A DNA stretch of 64,000 nt from Macrostomum lignano (Eukaryota): the NCBI GenBank assembly GCA_002269645.1, contig NIVC01001449.1, positions 124,001 through 188,000 of the forward strand. Direction: 5' to 3'. Positions 43,507 through 53,240 of the stretch are shown here, piece after piece. The notes under the pieces were generated by a model that saw only the letters and a list, made by a program, of their open reading frames with translations, was not told where the DNA came from and searched no databases. The stretch's first letter is position 1. Every line of letters starts with the position of its first letter. The position numbers were made by a program, and so were the translations under genes.

Positions 43507-43955
43507 ATGCATCGCCCAGATCTACTGCTCTTCACTGTGACTGTTGTCGGTAAGTTGATCATCTTCATCCATGCAGTCTTGCCGCTAGAATTTGTGTCCG
43601 CACTAAGCAGAGTCTGAATTCTTCGCCTCAATCAGCGATCTGCCTCATCGGGGGCGGCGGTTGCTCCAGGTGGCATTCGGACGACGAGGACTCGAACCAC
43701 GGAGCTCAGAATCCGGCGAGCGGCTCTGAACGAGTTCGCCAGACGACTCTGCCGCGCATTGGGCGCGAGCCGCTCACCGCTGATGAAGCGGAGATGCTGG
43801 ACGGGCTGGACAAGCGGGCGATGCGGCTGATGCGCCTCGGCCGCAAGCGGAACGCCTGGGCTGGCGAGGCCGACAAGCGGGCAATGAAGCTCCTGCGGCT
43901 TGGCAAGAAGTCCAGCGGCGGCTTCTACCGGCCCAGCTTCCGCTACGGGAAATAA
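43507..43955 (+). CDS. Neuropeptide precursor 1 (120 aa): myomodulin-like AMRLMRLa and AMKLLRLa plus SSGGFYRPSFRYa
   Basis: Exon 1 43507-43549 (G|GTAAGT), exon 2 43636-43955. MHRPDLLLFTVTVVAICLIGGGGCS-RWHSDDED...LPRIGR...DKR-AMRLMRLG-RKR-NAWAGEAD-KR-AMKLLRLG-KK-SSGGFYRPSFRYG-K*. Signal peptide, dibasic sites, Gly amide donors. Not in the supplied ORF track. Confidence 0.9.
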
Positions 43956-44967
43956 GCGGCCGCTTTTTCCTTGAACTCCCGGCACAGTTGGGCAACCCTT
44001 GAATGGCTAAATGACTAGCTGCAGTCACTCCCCATCCCGCTGTCCCGCAGGCTGATTAAGAGCTACCTAAAACCGTAAAAATACACAAACAGGCGGCGCG
44101 CAGACGGATTCCTTCTACAGCTTGAGACCTGCGCATCGCCCAATGTTTAACCAGCAGGCGGAGTTTTATTCATTGGGTTTCAATGTTTAAATCAATTGTA
44201 CTTTTCTGGAAGCTGCCTATGCTGACAGGAATGAATAAAATATTGCAGGTTAATTTAATTCAACGCTTCTACATATTTACTACGGGCTTGTAGTAAATTC
44301 GGGCAGAAGTTTCCAGGTCATTAGAGTTTCCTAGAAAGCAAACTTCTGATTGCCATTACGCGGAATGACTAATGAGTGTATTGCCATAGCTAAGTGCTCG
44401 TAAAGAGCTTAGGTTCTATACATACAGTATGTACATTTGTATATATATAGACATCAATATTCAGCAACATTGAAAACTGCCACCCCAGAGCATTGGCATA
44501 GAGCGACTGACTTCAGCTCACGGCACTGCAAATGACGCAAGATTTTTTAAACTCTCGTTCGTTCAGGCGCACCAGATCTGGGGTGGTAGCTTTTAATGTT
44601 GCTGAGCATAAATGCATATATTTTCCTTAGTTGCAGCAGTGGCTGCTGGGATGCATTTCTATAACATCTGAGAAAACAGTAAAAAACGCTCAGGTCACCA
44701 GCTTTCAGAGTCTGCGGCTGTAATACCGTTGCTGCACAAGTCACTGGCAAGATGTACCTGGTACTCGTATGTGCAGTCAGCAACATTGATTACGATGGTG
44801 GTGATTGCGTGTTGTGTGCGTAGAGTTTGAGTTGTGCAACTTGCAAGAAGGGTTGGAGAGAAGTTGCTTACTAGCGCACAAGGACCACTAGGAACTCTTC
44901 GTTGCATCCTCCTAGTCTAGTAGTCCTTGCTGGCGCAAAGGGTGGCGGCTTTTCAATGCCTTCCATG

Positions 44968-45183
44968 GACTTGCCTTCCATTTGACTTGCCTGCCATTTG
45001 ACTTGCCTGCCATTTGACTTGCCTGCCATTTGACTTGCCTGCCATTTGACTTGCCTGCCATTTGACTTGCCTGCCATTTGACTTGCCTGCCATTTGACTT
45101 GCCTGCCATTTGACTTGCCTGCCATTTGACTTGCCTGCCATTTGACTTGCCTGCCATTTGACTTGCCTGCCATTTGACTTGCA
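44968..45183. repeat. 16-bp minisatellite, about 13 copies
   Basis: Unit CATTTGACTTGCCTGC. Confidence 0.96.
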
Positions 45184-45231
45184 CCGCGCACGGAATGCTG
45201 AACTGAGGTTATGCGTTAGACGGTCAATTCA

Positions 45232-46042
45232 GAGGCTTTAGCACCAGGGGCTTTAGCACCAGGGGCTTTAGCACCAGGGGCTTTAGCACCAGGGGCTTTA
45301 GCACCAGGGGCTTTAGCACCAGGGGCTTTAGCACCAGGGGCTTTAGCACCAGGGGCTTTAGCACCAGGGGCTTTAGCACCAGGGGCTTTAGCACCAGGGG
45401 CTTTAGCACCAGGGGCTTTAGCACCAGGGGCTTTAGCACCAGGGGCTTTAGCACCAGGGGCTTTAGCACCAGGGGCTTTAGCACCAGGGGCTTTAGCACC
45501 AGGGGCTTTAGCACCAGGGGCTTTAGCACCAGGGGCTTTAGCACCAGGGGCTTTAGCACCAGGGGCTTTAGCACCAGGGGCTTTAGCACCAGGGGCTTTA
45601 GCACCAGGGGCTTTAGCACCAGGGGCTTTAGCACCAGGGGCTTTAGCACCAGGGGCTTTAGCACCAGGGGCTTTAGCACCAGGGGCTTTAGCACCAGGGG
45701 CTTTAGCACCAGGGGCTTTAGCACCAGGGGCGCCAGCACCAGGGGCGCCAGCACCAGGGGCTTTAGCACCAGGGGCGCCAGCACTAGGGGCGCCAGCACC
45801 AGGGTCGCCACCTCTAGGGTCGCCAGCACCAGGGTCGCCAGCACCAGGGGCGTTAGCACTAGGGGCGCCAGCACCAAGGGCGCCAGCACCAGGGGCGTTA
45901 GCACCAGGGGCGCCAGCACCAGGGGCGCCAGCACCAGGGGCGCCAGCACTGGGGGCGCCAGCACCAGGGGCGCCACCACTAGGGTCGCCAGCACCAGGGG
46001 CGCCAGCACCAGGGGCGCCAGCACCAGGGTCGCCAGCACCGG
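45232..46042. repeat. 15-bp minisatellite, about 54 copies (perfect GGCTTT block, then variable GGCGCC block)
   Basis: Unit AGCACCAGGGGCTTT / AGCACCAGGGGCGCC; the last unit is split by the 46043-51781 insertion and resumes at 51786. Confidence 0.97.
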
Positions 46043-47051
46043 TGTAAGGGTTTCTGCTCTCTGGAGTTAATCCAACCCGAAATATTACGCGATTTTTCGT
46101 ATATCAGAAACCCTGACATACGATAAGGTTAGAGATCGCCACCATGCTAGACTCTCCGGAGTGTTCTTATCTTAGAAAATAGGAGCTATATTAAATTTCT
46201 CTGATTTTAAAAAGTCCAGCGTGTGAGCAGCCTTGCTTGCGCAACTTTTTCGATAAGTTCATCTATCTAGTTTAAGACCCGTTCACACAGCCATCAATCA
46301 AGTGGGGCTAAATTTAGTCTTGGTTAGACTTGTGCATCATTTTTTCCTCTTTTATACATACATATGTACTCGTAAGTCGAATGATTTGATTGCGTCATTT
46401 GAAGGCGGAAGGAATGAGCCATTGAGCGCGACAAGGGAAAAATTTGCAAACTGTAGCTCGTGTATAAGCAGTGAAGGCATATGATGAGCCATTGTCAGTT
46501 TGGGATTTTCTTACTTTCTAATAGCTAGTCGAATGGCCACTTTGAAATTAAATATTCTCCATGTACTGAACAATGATCACGCACAATAGTCCCTGTCGAA
46601 CTGCCCTCCCTGTCAAACCTTACTTTTTGCGCTCGTGACGGAGATCGGCCAACGGGGCAGAATCTCCTAGGGGACAACAGAATCTGGTTTAGGATCTCCA
46701 GATAGGGAGACCTGACCATGCCACGGAGATCCCACAACGGTTACGGATCTCCTATCGCGGAGACCCTAACCGTTTGTAAGTCTTCGAAGGAGATCTTACA
46801 CCCTTTAAGGTCTCCGGTCGGAGATCCCAGCCCGTTTGTAAGTCTCCGAAGGAGATCTTACACCCTTTAAGGTCTCCGTTCGGAGATCCCAGCCCGTTTG
46901 TAAGTCTCCGAAGGAGATCTTACACCCTTTAAGGTCTCCGGTCGGAGATCCCAGCCCGTTTGTAAGTCTCCGAAGGAGATCTTACACCCTTTAAGGTCTC
47001 CGGTCGGAGATCCCAGCCCGTTTGTAAGTCTCCGAAAAAGATCTTACACCC

Positions 47052-50000
47052 TGTTGTACTTTTCGTAGTAACGAAGACGAATGCAAGATGCCGAGTTAGG
47101 AAGAGATCGTAGATGCCTGCAGCGCGTATATTTTAGCAGCGAAGTAGCTGGCTGCTATACTTAAAATATGAATAAGGCTTCACCCATAAACCATAGAACT
47201 TAAAGTTCATACACAACACCCCCACATTTTAGCAATTAACCTGGAGAGAAATAAATGACTGTTTTCTATTTTGTCTAACGATCAAATAAATCAGGAATAG
47301 GTCAGCCGATCAGGGGCTTTTCAGAGCCTCTGACTTCGACGAGAAACTTGGTACTCGGGACTTTGATCGCTGGTTGTCTCCACTTCAGCAGGAGTCGTAG
47401 TTTCCATTTCCTTATCATTGCTGCTGCCAACATTGGCAGGTCCAGGCGAGGTAATCTCTTGTGAGTTCTCTGTAGTCCTTGGCGTTGCATCAGATGCATG
47501 GACAACCCGTCCTTTGCTGTCCAAGTAGGTATTTGATCCATGAAGTCCTTGGATTTCTTCTGGGACCTTGTCTGACTTTCCTTCTACGTTGATGTAGACA
47601 GGAATTGGGGTAGTTAGCGGTTTGTCCCATTCTGTAAAGGTTGCAGTGAGGCGCGTTCTTGGGCGTTGCATAAACAGTTGTGCAGCAGGAATCGCTCCTT
47701 CGGAATTCGGTGTAGTGTTCTTCGAAAGGCAGAATGATATCAACACCTTCTCACATTCGGAACCTATGTCATTACTGTTCTGCTTCAGAGTCACTTTCAA
47801 CTCTTGGATAGCTCTTTCCACAATCCCATTTGACTGGTGATGACCAGGTGGTGTTAGGACATGGTTAATTATATTCTTCTTGAGAAATTCTGCGAACTCT
47901 TTTGATCGAAAATTGGTTCCATTGTCAGTCACAATGCACGTTGGAAGTCCCATGTACTTAAATGTTCGTCTGCATGCTGGAATAAGAGAGTTGGCTGTGA
48001 TATTTGACAGCTGATGTACATCAATCCACCGAGAGAAGGAGTCGATGAGAACCAAGAAGTGTTTCTCCTTGAAATATGCTATGTCCAGATGAACACGTTC
48101 GAAGAAGAACTTTGCATCTTCCCATGAATGCAGATTTGCATTTGTTCGCTTTCTCGAATTTAGTTGGCAGGAAGGACACCTTTGAACGAAGCTATTGATC
48201 TGGGCGTCAATGTAAGGCCACCAGAAGTACTCTCGAGCTAGTCTGATCATGCGCACAATGCCCGGATGATTCTCGTGAAGAATTTGAAGAATTTCTCTGC
48301 GCATGGACTTTGGAGGCACGATTCGGATCCCTTTGAACAGAATCCCGTTTTGAATGGAGTATTCCGCCTTGGATTTGGTGTACGGAAGCAGCTGTTTAGA
48401 AATGTAGCTTGGCCAACCTTGAGTAACAAACTTCTTGATAGTATCAATTTCAGGGTCTCTGGTGTTGGCGACACGCCGAAGAATTGTCCCATAAGAAGAA
48501 AATTCTACGAGAGAGTTTACCTCCAGCAGATTGACATCAAAATTTGAAAACGAAGTAGAAGCGTTTGTTGAAGGAATTCTGGACAGAGTATCTGCTGCGA
48601 GCATGGTGTCTCCTTTTGAGTAAGTGACAGTGTAGTCATAGGATCTGAGCAGCAATGCCCATCTCTGGAGTCTCGCAGAAACTCGGTCAGGAACTTTCGT
48701 TGTAGAGAAGATGTACTGCAAAGGTCTGTGATCAGAGATGATTGTAAAATGACGGCCTGCCAGAAATTGATGAAAATATTTTACACCCTCGATAATTGCA
48801 AGAGCCTCCCGCTCAATGTTGGCGTAGTTGGCCTCAGCCTTGGTCAAAACTCTGCTTCCCAGCCATACAACTTCTTTTTGGTTCGTGTCGTGGGACAGCA
48901 CAAATCCGACTCCACTCTGAGAAGCGTCGCAGGTTAGAAACAACGGCCTTTTTATATCATAAGAAACGATTCGACCTTCCGTTACAGCAGCTTTCAGTTG
49001 GGAGAACGCACTTGAGTGAACGACAGTCCATTTCCACTGAACCCCTTTCTTTAGGAGGTAATAGAGCGGCTTGGCGATCATAGAGAAGTTCCGACAAAAA
49101 ATCCCGTAGTGTCTTAAGGTGCATATAGCACTTCTCAATTGATCCCGGTCTTTTGGCTCTGACAAGTTGGATAGAGCTTCCACTCTTGCAGGATCAGGCA
49201 AAAGTTTCCCATCTCGGAGGAGAAATCCCAGAAATGTGACTTCTTTCTTGCACTCCTGAGTCTTACGCTCATTGATCTTGAATCCATGCTTTTTCAGTTT
49301 TTCCTTGACTTGCACCAGGATCTGTCGATGCTGCTCCACTGTTTCAGTGCCTAGAATGATGTCGTCCTGATAAGAAGCAGTGCCTGGTATTCCTTTGAGC
49401 AAGATATCCATAACTTCCTGAAATATCAGTGGTGCTGCCGATATCCCAAATTGTAACTTGCGGAAGGCAAAATGTCCTACGTGGGTGGAAATACACGTAA
49501 GATCTTGACTTTCTGGCGTTAGGGGAATCTGCAAGAATGCGTCTTCGAGGTCGAGCACTGAATACACTTTCGAATTTGGGATCTTTTGAAGGATTTCTTT
49601 CAAAGTTGGCAGTCGATATCGATCTCGGTCTATCAGTCTGTTGAGAGTGACTGAATAGTCTCCACACAGTCTAATGGGTCTCTTTGATCCTTCTGGTTTC
49701 AACACAGGAACAATAGGGCACGATACCTTAGGCGAGTGAACTGGGTAGATGATACCTGCACTTTCCAGTCTTTTCAGCTCCAGTTCAACCAAAGTTTTAA
49801 TTGAGAACGGAAGGGATCTGGCAGGAAAGCACATTCCATCGGTAGAGGCCCCGTCCTTCAGGCGAAAGCTGGCCTGGAATCTTAAATTTTTATCACACTG
49901 CACTGGATGGCACAGAAATTCGTCTACCGTCAATAGGTTGAAGGCACGAATAAAATTTATTCCCAAAATGGCTTGACTAGATGGGTCCCCGACATATATG

Positions 50001-51311
50001 TCTCCGCATGCCGTTTTGCCGTTTCTCAGCTCAATCGTGACGTCCTTAGCCATGCCTCGTACGGAAACTGAAGCTCCCCCGAAAACTTTGAGTGATCGAA
50101 TGTTCGCGTCAACCATGTGCAATCCGGCTTGCTCTACGATGGTTACTGGCAAAATTGTTACCTGACTACCAGAGTCGACGCACATATGGACTGTGGAATC
50201 ACCGATCGTGCAGACTATTTTCCAGAGTTCGTCGCATGGAGTAGCCTTGATCACCGAGTACACAGCTGAATCAGGTGGATCAGCGTCGGTTGCTTCAACT
50301 TCCGCGTACGTGACTTTCTTGCTGCCACCGATGTTGGCCCTGCATGCTCTGGCAATGTGCCCGGTTTTTCCGCACTTGTGACATGTCGCATTGCGGAACT
50401 TGCAGGTATTTCTAAGATGACCCGGGTTACCACAGGAATGGCAGCTAGACTTAGAATGATTCGGCGTTGTTGGCATTGGCCTGGATACCGTTGGATACTT
50501 TTGGTTGCTGCCGGTCTTCTTGTGAGTGGTTTTCTGCACTGCTGCGACGGTTTTGCTCGAATCAGTAGCTTGAGATACGGACTCCGATAAGAGACTATCC
50601 TTAACCGCAGTCTCTAGATCCAGCTTTTCCTTCACTAGTAATTTTTGCTTCAGAGAATTATCAGCCAGTCCGAAAATATACTGAGAAAGAATTAACTCTT
50701 CTCGCAGGTTGCCGAATTCGCATTTGTTGGCCTGTGTCTTCAGTCTCTCCAAAAACTTTGTCACCGACTCACCCTGTATTTGGACCATGGTATGTAGCAG
50801 ATGTCTGTCGTAGTGAAGAAGGCGCTTGGGTTTCAAGTGGCTCAGTACCGCTTCTTTGATGAAATCGAACGTACACTTTGTATCGTTTAAAATGTCTTCT
50901 GGCTGCACAAGTGTCTCAATCAGTGAAAATGCGGCATCTCCACAAGTAGCAAGTAGAACGGCTTTGCTCTGGTCATTCTTTTCCGTTGCGCTAATGTAAA
51001 AACCGAGGCGCTTGAAATACTGTTCGACATCGGGGTAGCACAGCGGCATCTCCCCCAGTCGGAAGTCGAGTCCGGAAGACATCGGGATGAAGATTTGGTG
51101 ACTGCAGTATCGTCCCGCGGCGAATTAAATTTTCCTCGTCGCCATGTTGTACTTTTCGTAGTAACGAAGACGAATGCAAGATGCCGAGTTAGGAAGAGAT
51201 CGTAGATGCCTGCAGCGCGTATATTTTAGCAGCGAAGTAGCTGGCTGCTATACTTAAAATATGAATAAGGCTTCACCCATAAACCATAGAACTTAAAGTT
51301 CATACACAACA
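47052..51311 (-). mobile_element. Full-length Ty3/gypsy LTR retrotransposon (Mag-like), 4,260 bp
   Basis: Identical 167-bp LTRs TGTTGT...ACAACA (47052-47218, 51145-51311); 5-bp TSD CACCC; PBS TGGCGACGAGGAAA (51131-51144, minus); purine tract AAATGTGGGGG before the 3' LTR. Confidence 0.97.
47321..51082 (-). CDS. Gag-Pol polyprotein (1,253 aa, single ORF)
   Basis: Two CCHC knuckles (CHSCGNPGHLRNTC, CHKCGKTGHIARAC), protease VDSGS, RT YQDD, RNase H TCDAS, integrase H..H..C..C then D/D/E; PR-RT-RH-IN order is gypsy-type. Confidence 0.97.
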   Translation of the reverse strand: MSSGLDFRLGEMPLCYPDVEQYFKRLGFYISATEKNDQSKAVLLATCGDAAFSLIETLVQPEDILNDTKCTFDFIKEAVLSHLKPKRLLHYDRHLLHTMVQIQGESVTKFLERLKTQANKCEFGNLREELILSQYIFGLADNSLKQKLLVKEKLDLETAVKDSLLSESVSQATDSSKTVAAVQKTTHKKTGSNQKYPTVSRPMPTTPNHSKSSCHSCGNPGHLRNTCKFRNATCHKCGKTGHIARACRANIGGSKKVTYAEVEATDADPPDSAVYSVIKATPCDELWKIVCTIGDSTVHMCVDSGSQVTILPVTIVEQAGLHMVDANIRSLKVFGGASVSVRGMAKDVTIELRNGKTACGDIYVGDPSSQAILGINFIRAFNLLTVDEFLCHPVQCDKNLRFQASFRLKDGASTDGMCFPARSLPFSIKTLVELELKRLESAGIIYPVHSPKVSCPIVPVLKPEGSKRPIRLCGDYSVTLNRLIDRDRYRLPTLKEILQKIPNSKVYSVLDLEDAFLQIPLTPESQDLTCISTHVGHFAFRKLQFGISAAPLIFQEVMDILLKGIPGTASYQDDIILGTETVEQHRQILVQVKEKLKKHGFKINERKTQECKKEVTFLGFLLRDGKLLPDPARVEALSNLSEPKDRDQLRSAICTLRHYGIFCRNFSMIAKPLYYLLKKGVQWKWTVVHSSAFSQLKAAVTEGRIVSYDIKRPLFLTCDASQSGVGFVLSHDTNQKEVVWLGSRVLTKAEANYANIEREALAIIEGVKYFHQFLAGRHFTIISDHRPLQYIFSTTKVPDRVSARLQRWALLLRSYDYTVTYSKGDTMLAADTLSRIPSTNASTSFSNFDVNLLEVNSLVEFSSYGTILRRVANTRDPEIDTIKKFVTQGWPSYISKQLLPYTKSKAEYSIQNGILFKGIRIVPPKSMRREILQILHENHPGIVRMIRLAREYFWWPYIDAQINSFVQRCPSCQLNSRKRTNANLHSWEDAKFFFERVHLDIAYFKEKHFLVLIDSFSRWIDVHQLSNITANSLIPACRRTFKYMGLPTCIVTDNGTNFRSKEFAEFLKKNIINHVLTPPGHHQSNGIVERAIQELKVTLKQNSNDIGSECEKVLISFCLSKNTTPNSEGAIPAAQLFMQRPRTRLTATFTEWDKPLTTPIPVYINVEGKSDKVPEEIQGLHGSNTYLDSKGRVVHASDATPRTTENSQEITSPGPANVGSSNDKEMETTTPAEVETTSDQSPEYQVSRRSQRL

Positions 51312-52383
51312 CACCCTTTAAGGTCTCCGGTCGGAGATCCCAGCCCGTTTGTAAGTCTCCGAAAAAGATCTTACACCCTTTAAGGTCTCCGGTCGGAGAT
51401 CCCAGCCCGTTTGTAAGTCTCCGAAAAAGATCTTACACCCTTTAAGGTCTCCGGTCGGAGATCCCAGCCCGTTTGTAAGTCTCCGAAAAAGATCTTGCAC
51501 CCTTTAAGGTCTCCGGTCGGAGATCCCAGCCCGTTTGTAAGTCTCCGAAAAAGATCTTACACCCTTTAAGGTCTCCGGTCGGAGATCCCAGCCCGTTTGT
51601 AAGTCTCCGAAAAAGATCTTACACCCTTTAAGGTCTCCGGTCGGAGATCCCAGCCCGTTTGTAGTCTCCGAAAGAGATCTTACACCCTTTAAGGTCTCCG
51701 GTCGGAGATCCCAGCCCGTTTGCAGTCTCCGGATCGGCGACCCAAAACAGGCCGGAGCCCTGGAGATTCTAAACCGTAACACCGGGGGCGCCAGCAAATC
51801 TAAGTCTTCAATACGGACTTCATATGGCTTTCAAAGCAATACAAAGCACAAACTTAGTCAAATTAAAAAAGGACGCGCCCTACTACGAGTGTATTTTTAA
51901 AGAAGGAGCAAATAGACTCTCTTCTGAATGTCTTGCAAATCGTGATCGCCAATTCCAGTCGCATTGCCTCCTCGACCAAGACGCCATCAATGCATCATCG
52001 AAATTCGAATTACCGAACAGTGTCAAACGGTCTGCTGGTTGGAATAAAAATAATTTTCCTGCAGCTTGCCGGCCGAGGTGAAAGATGCGCCGATTGCATT
52101 CGCATCCAATGGCACGCAAACGAATCGTTGCCATGTAAAATGGAAGCATTCGATCATGGCAAGGGACGCCGCGGTGCAGGAAAACGGCTTTACACGGTAT
52201 TTGACAATTACTCAAGACTTCATTCTGGTCCCGGCCATCACCTGACCGCCCACCTGTCCGCTTCGGATTGGCGGTCTGCAGATCCGCCCGCTTGGCTACA
52301 AAAGCGGCTCGGCAGGGCCGCGCTGAGTCACCGATCGGGGGCCTGTCTGCAATCGGCAATATCGGCAGCGACTTCAAGCCACC

Positions 52384-52803
52384 ATGCAACGGATCGACCT
52401 AGCGCTCTGCGTGCTGGCTTTTGCCGGTGAGTCCCGGGCTCGATTCCTACTGCTATCGCATATCAATTAGAAAACTAACAAATTCCCCTCAGCCATCGGT
52501 CTAATCGGGGAGGGCGGCTGCTCCAGAGGCTGGGAACCAGACGATGAAGAATCGAACCGCGGACTCTACAACCTGATGATGCCTGCAGTGAGGCGATCAG
52601 TTCGCCGGGACTTGCTGACCCATGAAGGGGAAAATTTCGTTTACGGACTGAACAAGCGGGCCATGCGGCTCATGCGGATCGGCAGGCGCAGCTGGGACGG
52701 CTGGAACGAGGAGGCCGACAAGCGGGCCATGCGGCTCATGCGGATCGGCAGGCGCGCGTCCGACGGGTTCTACAGGCCGTCGATTCGCTACGGTAGAAAG
52801 TGA
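52384..52803 (+). CDS. Neuropeptide precursor 2 (117 aa): 2x AMRLMRIa plus ASDGFYRPSIRYa
   Basis: Exon 1 52384-52426 (G|GTGAGT), exon 2 52493-52803. MQRIDLALCVLAFAAIGLIGEGGCS-RGWEPDDEE...NKR-AMRLMRIG-RR-SWDGWNEEAD-KR-AMRLMRIG-RR-ASDGFYRPSIRYG-RK*. Confidence 0.9.
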
Positions 52804-53159
52804 GGAGCGGCGCATCGAACAGTTTGTAGCTGGCTCTGCTTAGACGGCTGGTTGAAGCTCGACTCCCAGGCTGCTGAATGAGTCAACAGGGCCGTATGGC
52901 TTTCGAATAAAAATATACATCGCCGCAAATTACTTTTCGATTGCTTGTGGTTTTTGTGCAAACAAAACCATCGATTCGCTACTTATTTATCGATTTTGAC
53001 GGTTTTGACAAGCAAATAATAGTAATAATTTAATTGATTACACTTGCCTGGATGGGCAGATGTACAACCGACAGCTCAGCCGCAGCTATCGCGCAGCGCA
53101 TCTGAAGGCTGTTCAGTCCAAGGATTGGGAAGGGGGTCGCTAAACACAGCCTCAATTAC

Positions 53160-53240
53160 CCCAGCTAATGCTGGCACCCATTTTACAGCTGGATGAACTG
53201 AAGCAATGCAGAGTAGCGTCTTGCTAGGCTACAACCCCGC
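53160..53240 (+). mobile_element. Fragment resembling a widespread invertebrate SINE core
   Basis: GCTGGCACCCATTTTACAGCTGGATGAACTGAAGCAATGCAGAGTAGCGTCTTGCT resembles the GGTACCCATTT..GCTGG..GTGTCTTGC core motif, recalled from memory and not searched. Confidence 0.3.

Larger units (their letters stand above)
46797..51735. repeat. 62-bp satellite (about 4 copies at 46797-47051 and about 7 at 51312-51735), split by the gypsy element
   Basis: Unit ACACCCTTTAAGGTCTCCGGTCGGAGATCCCAGCCCGTTTGTAAGTCTCCGAA(GG/AA)AGATCTT. Confidence 0.93.
46043..51781. mobile_element. Solo-LTR-like element (~1.47 kb without the nested gypsy) containing a 62-bp satellite
   Basis: TG...CA ends (TGTAAGGGTTT / TGTTACGGTTT rc, 9/11 match); 4-bp TSD CCGG at 46039-46042 and 51782-51785; removing it restores GCCAGCACCGGGGGCGCCAGCA of the 15-mer array. 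Confidence 0.7.

Noticed and set aside
45224-46039. 271-aa [10 protein letters not shown] repeat ORF
   Set aside because: Translation of a 15-bp VNTR (multiple of 3) that is interrupted by a TE; no signal peptide or splice context.
47622-51179. Small ORFs overlapping gag-pol
   Set aside because: Antisense or alternate-frame shadows with no motifs.
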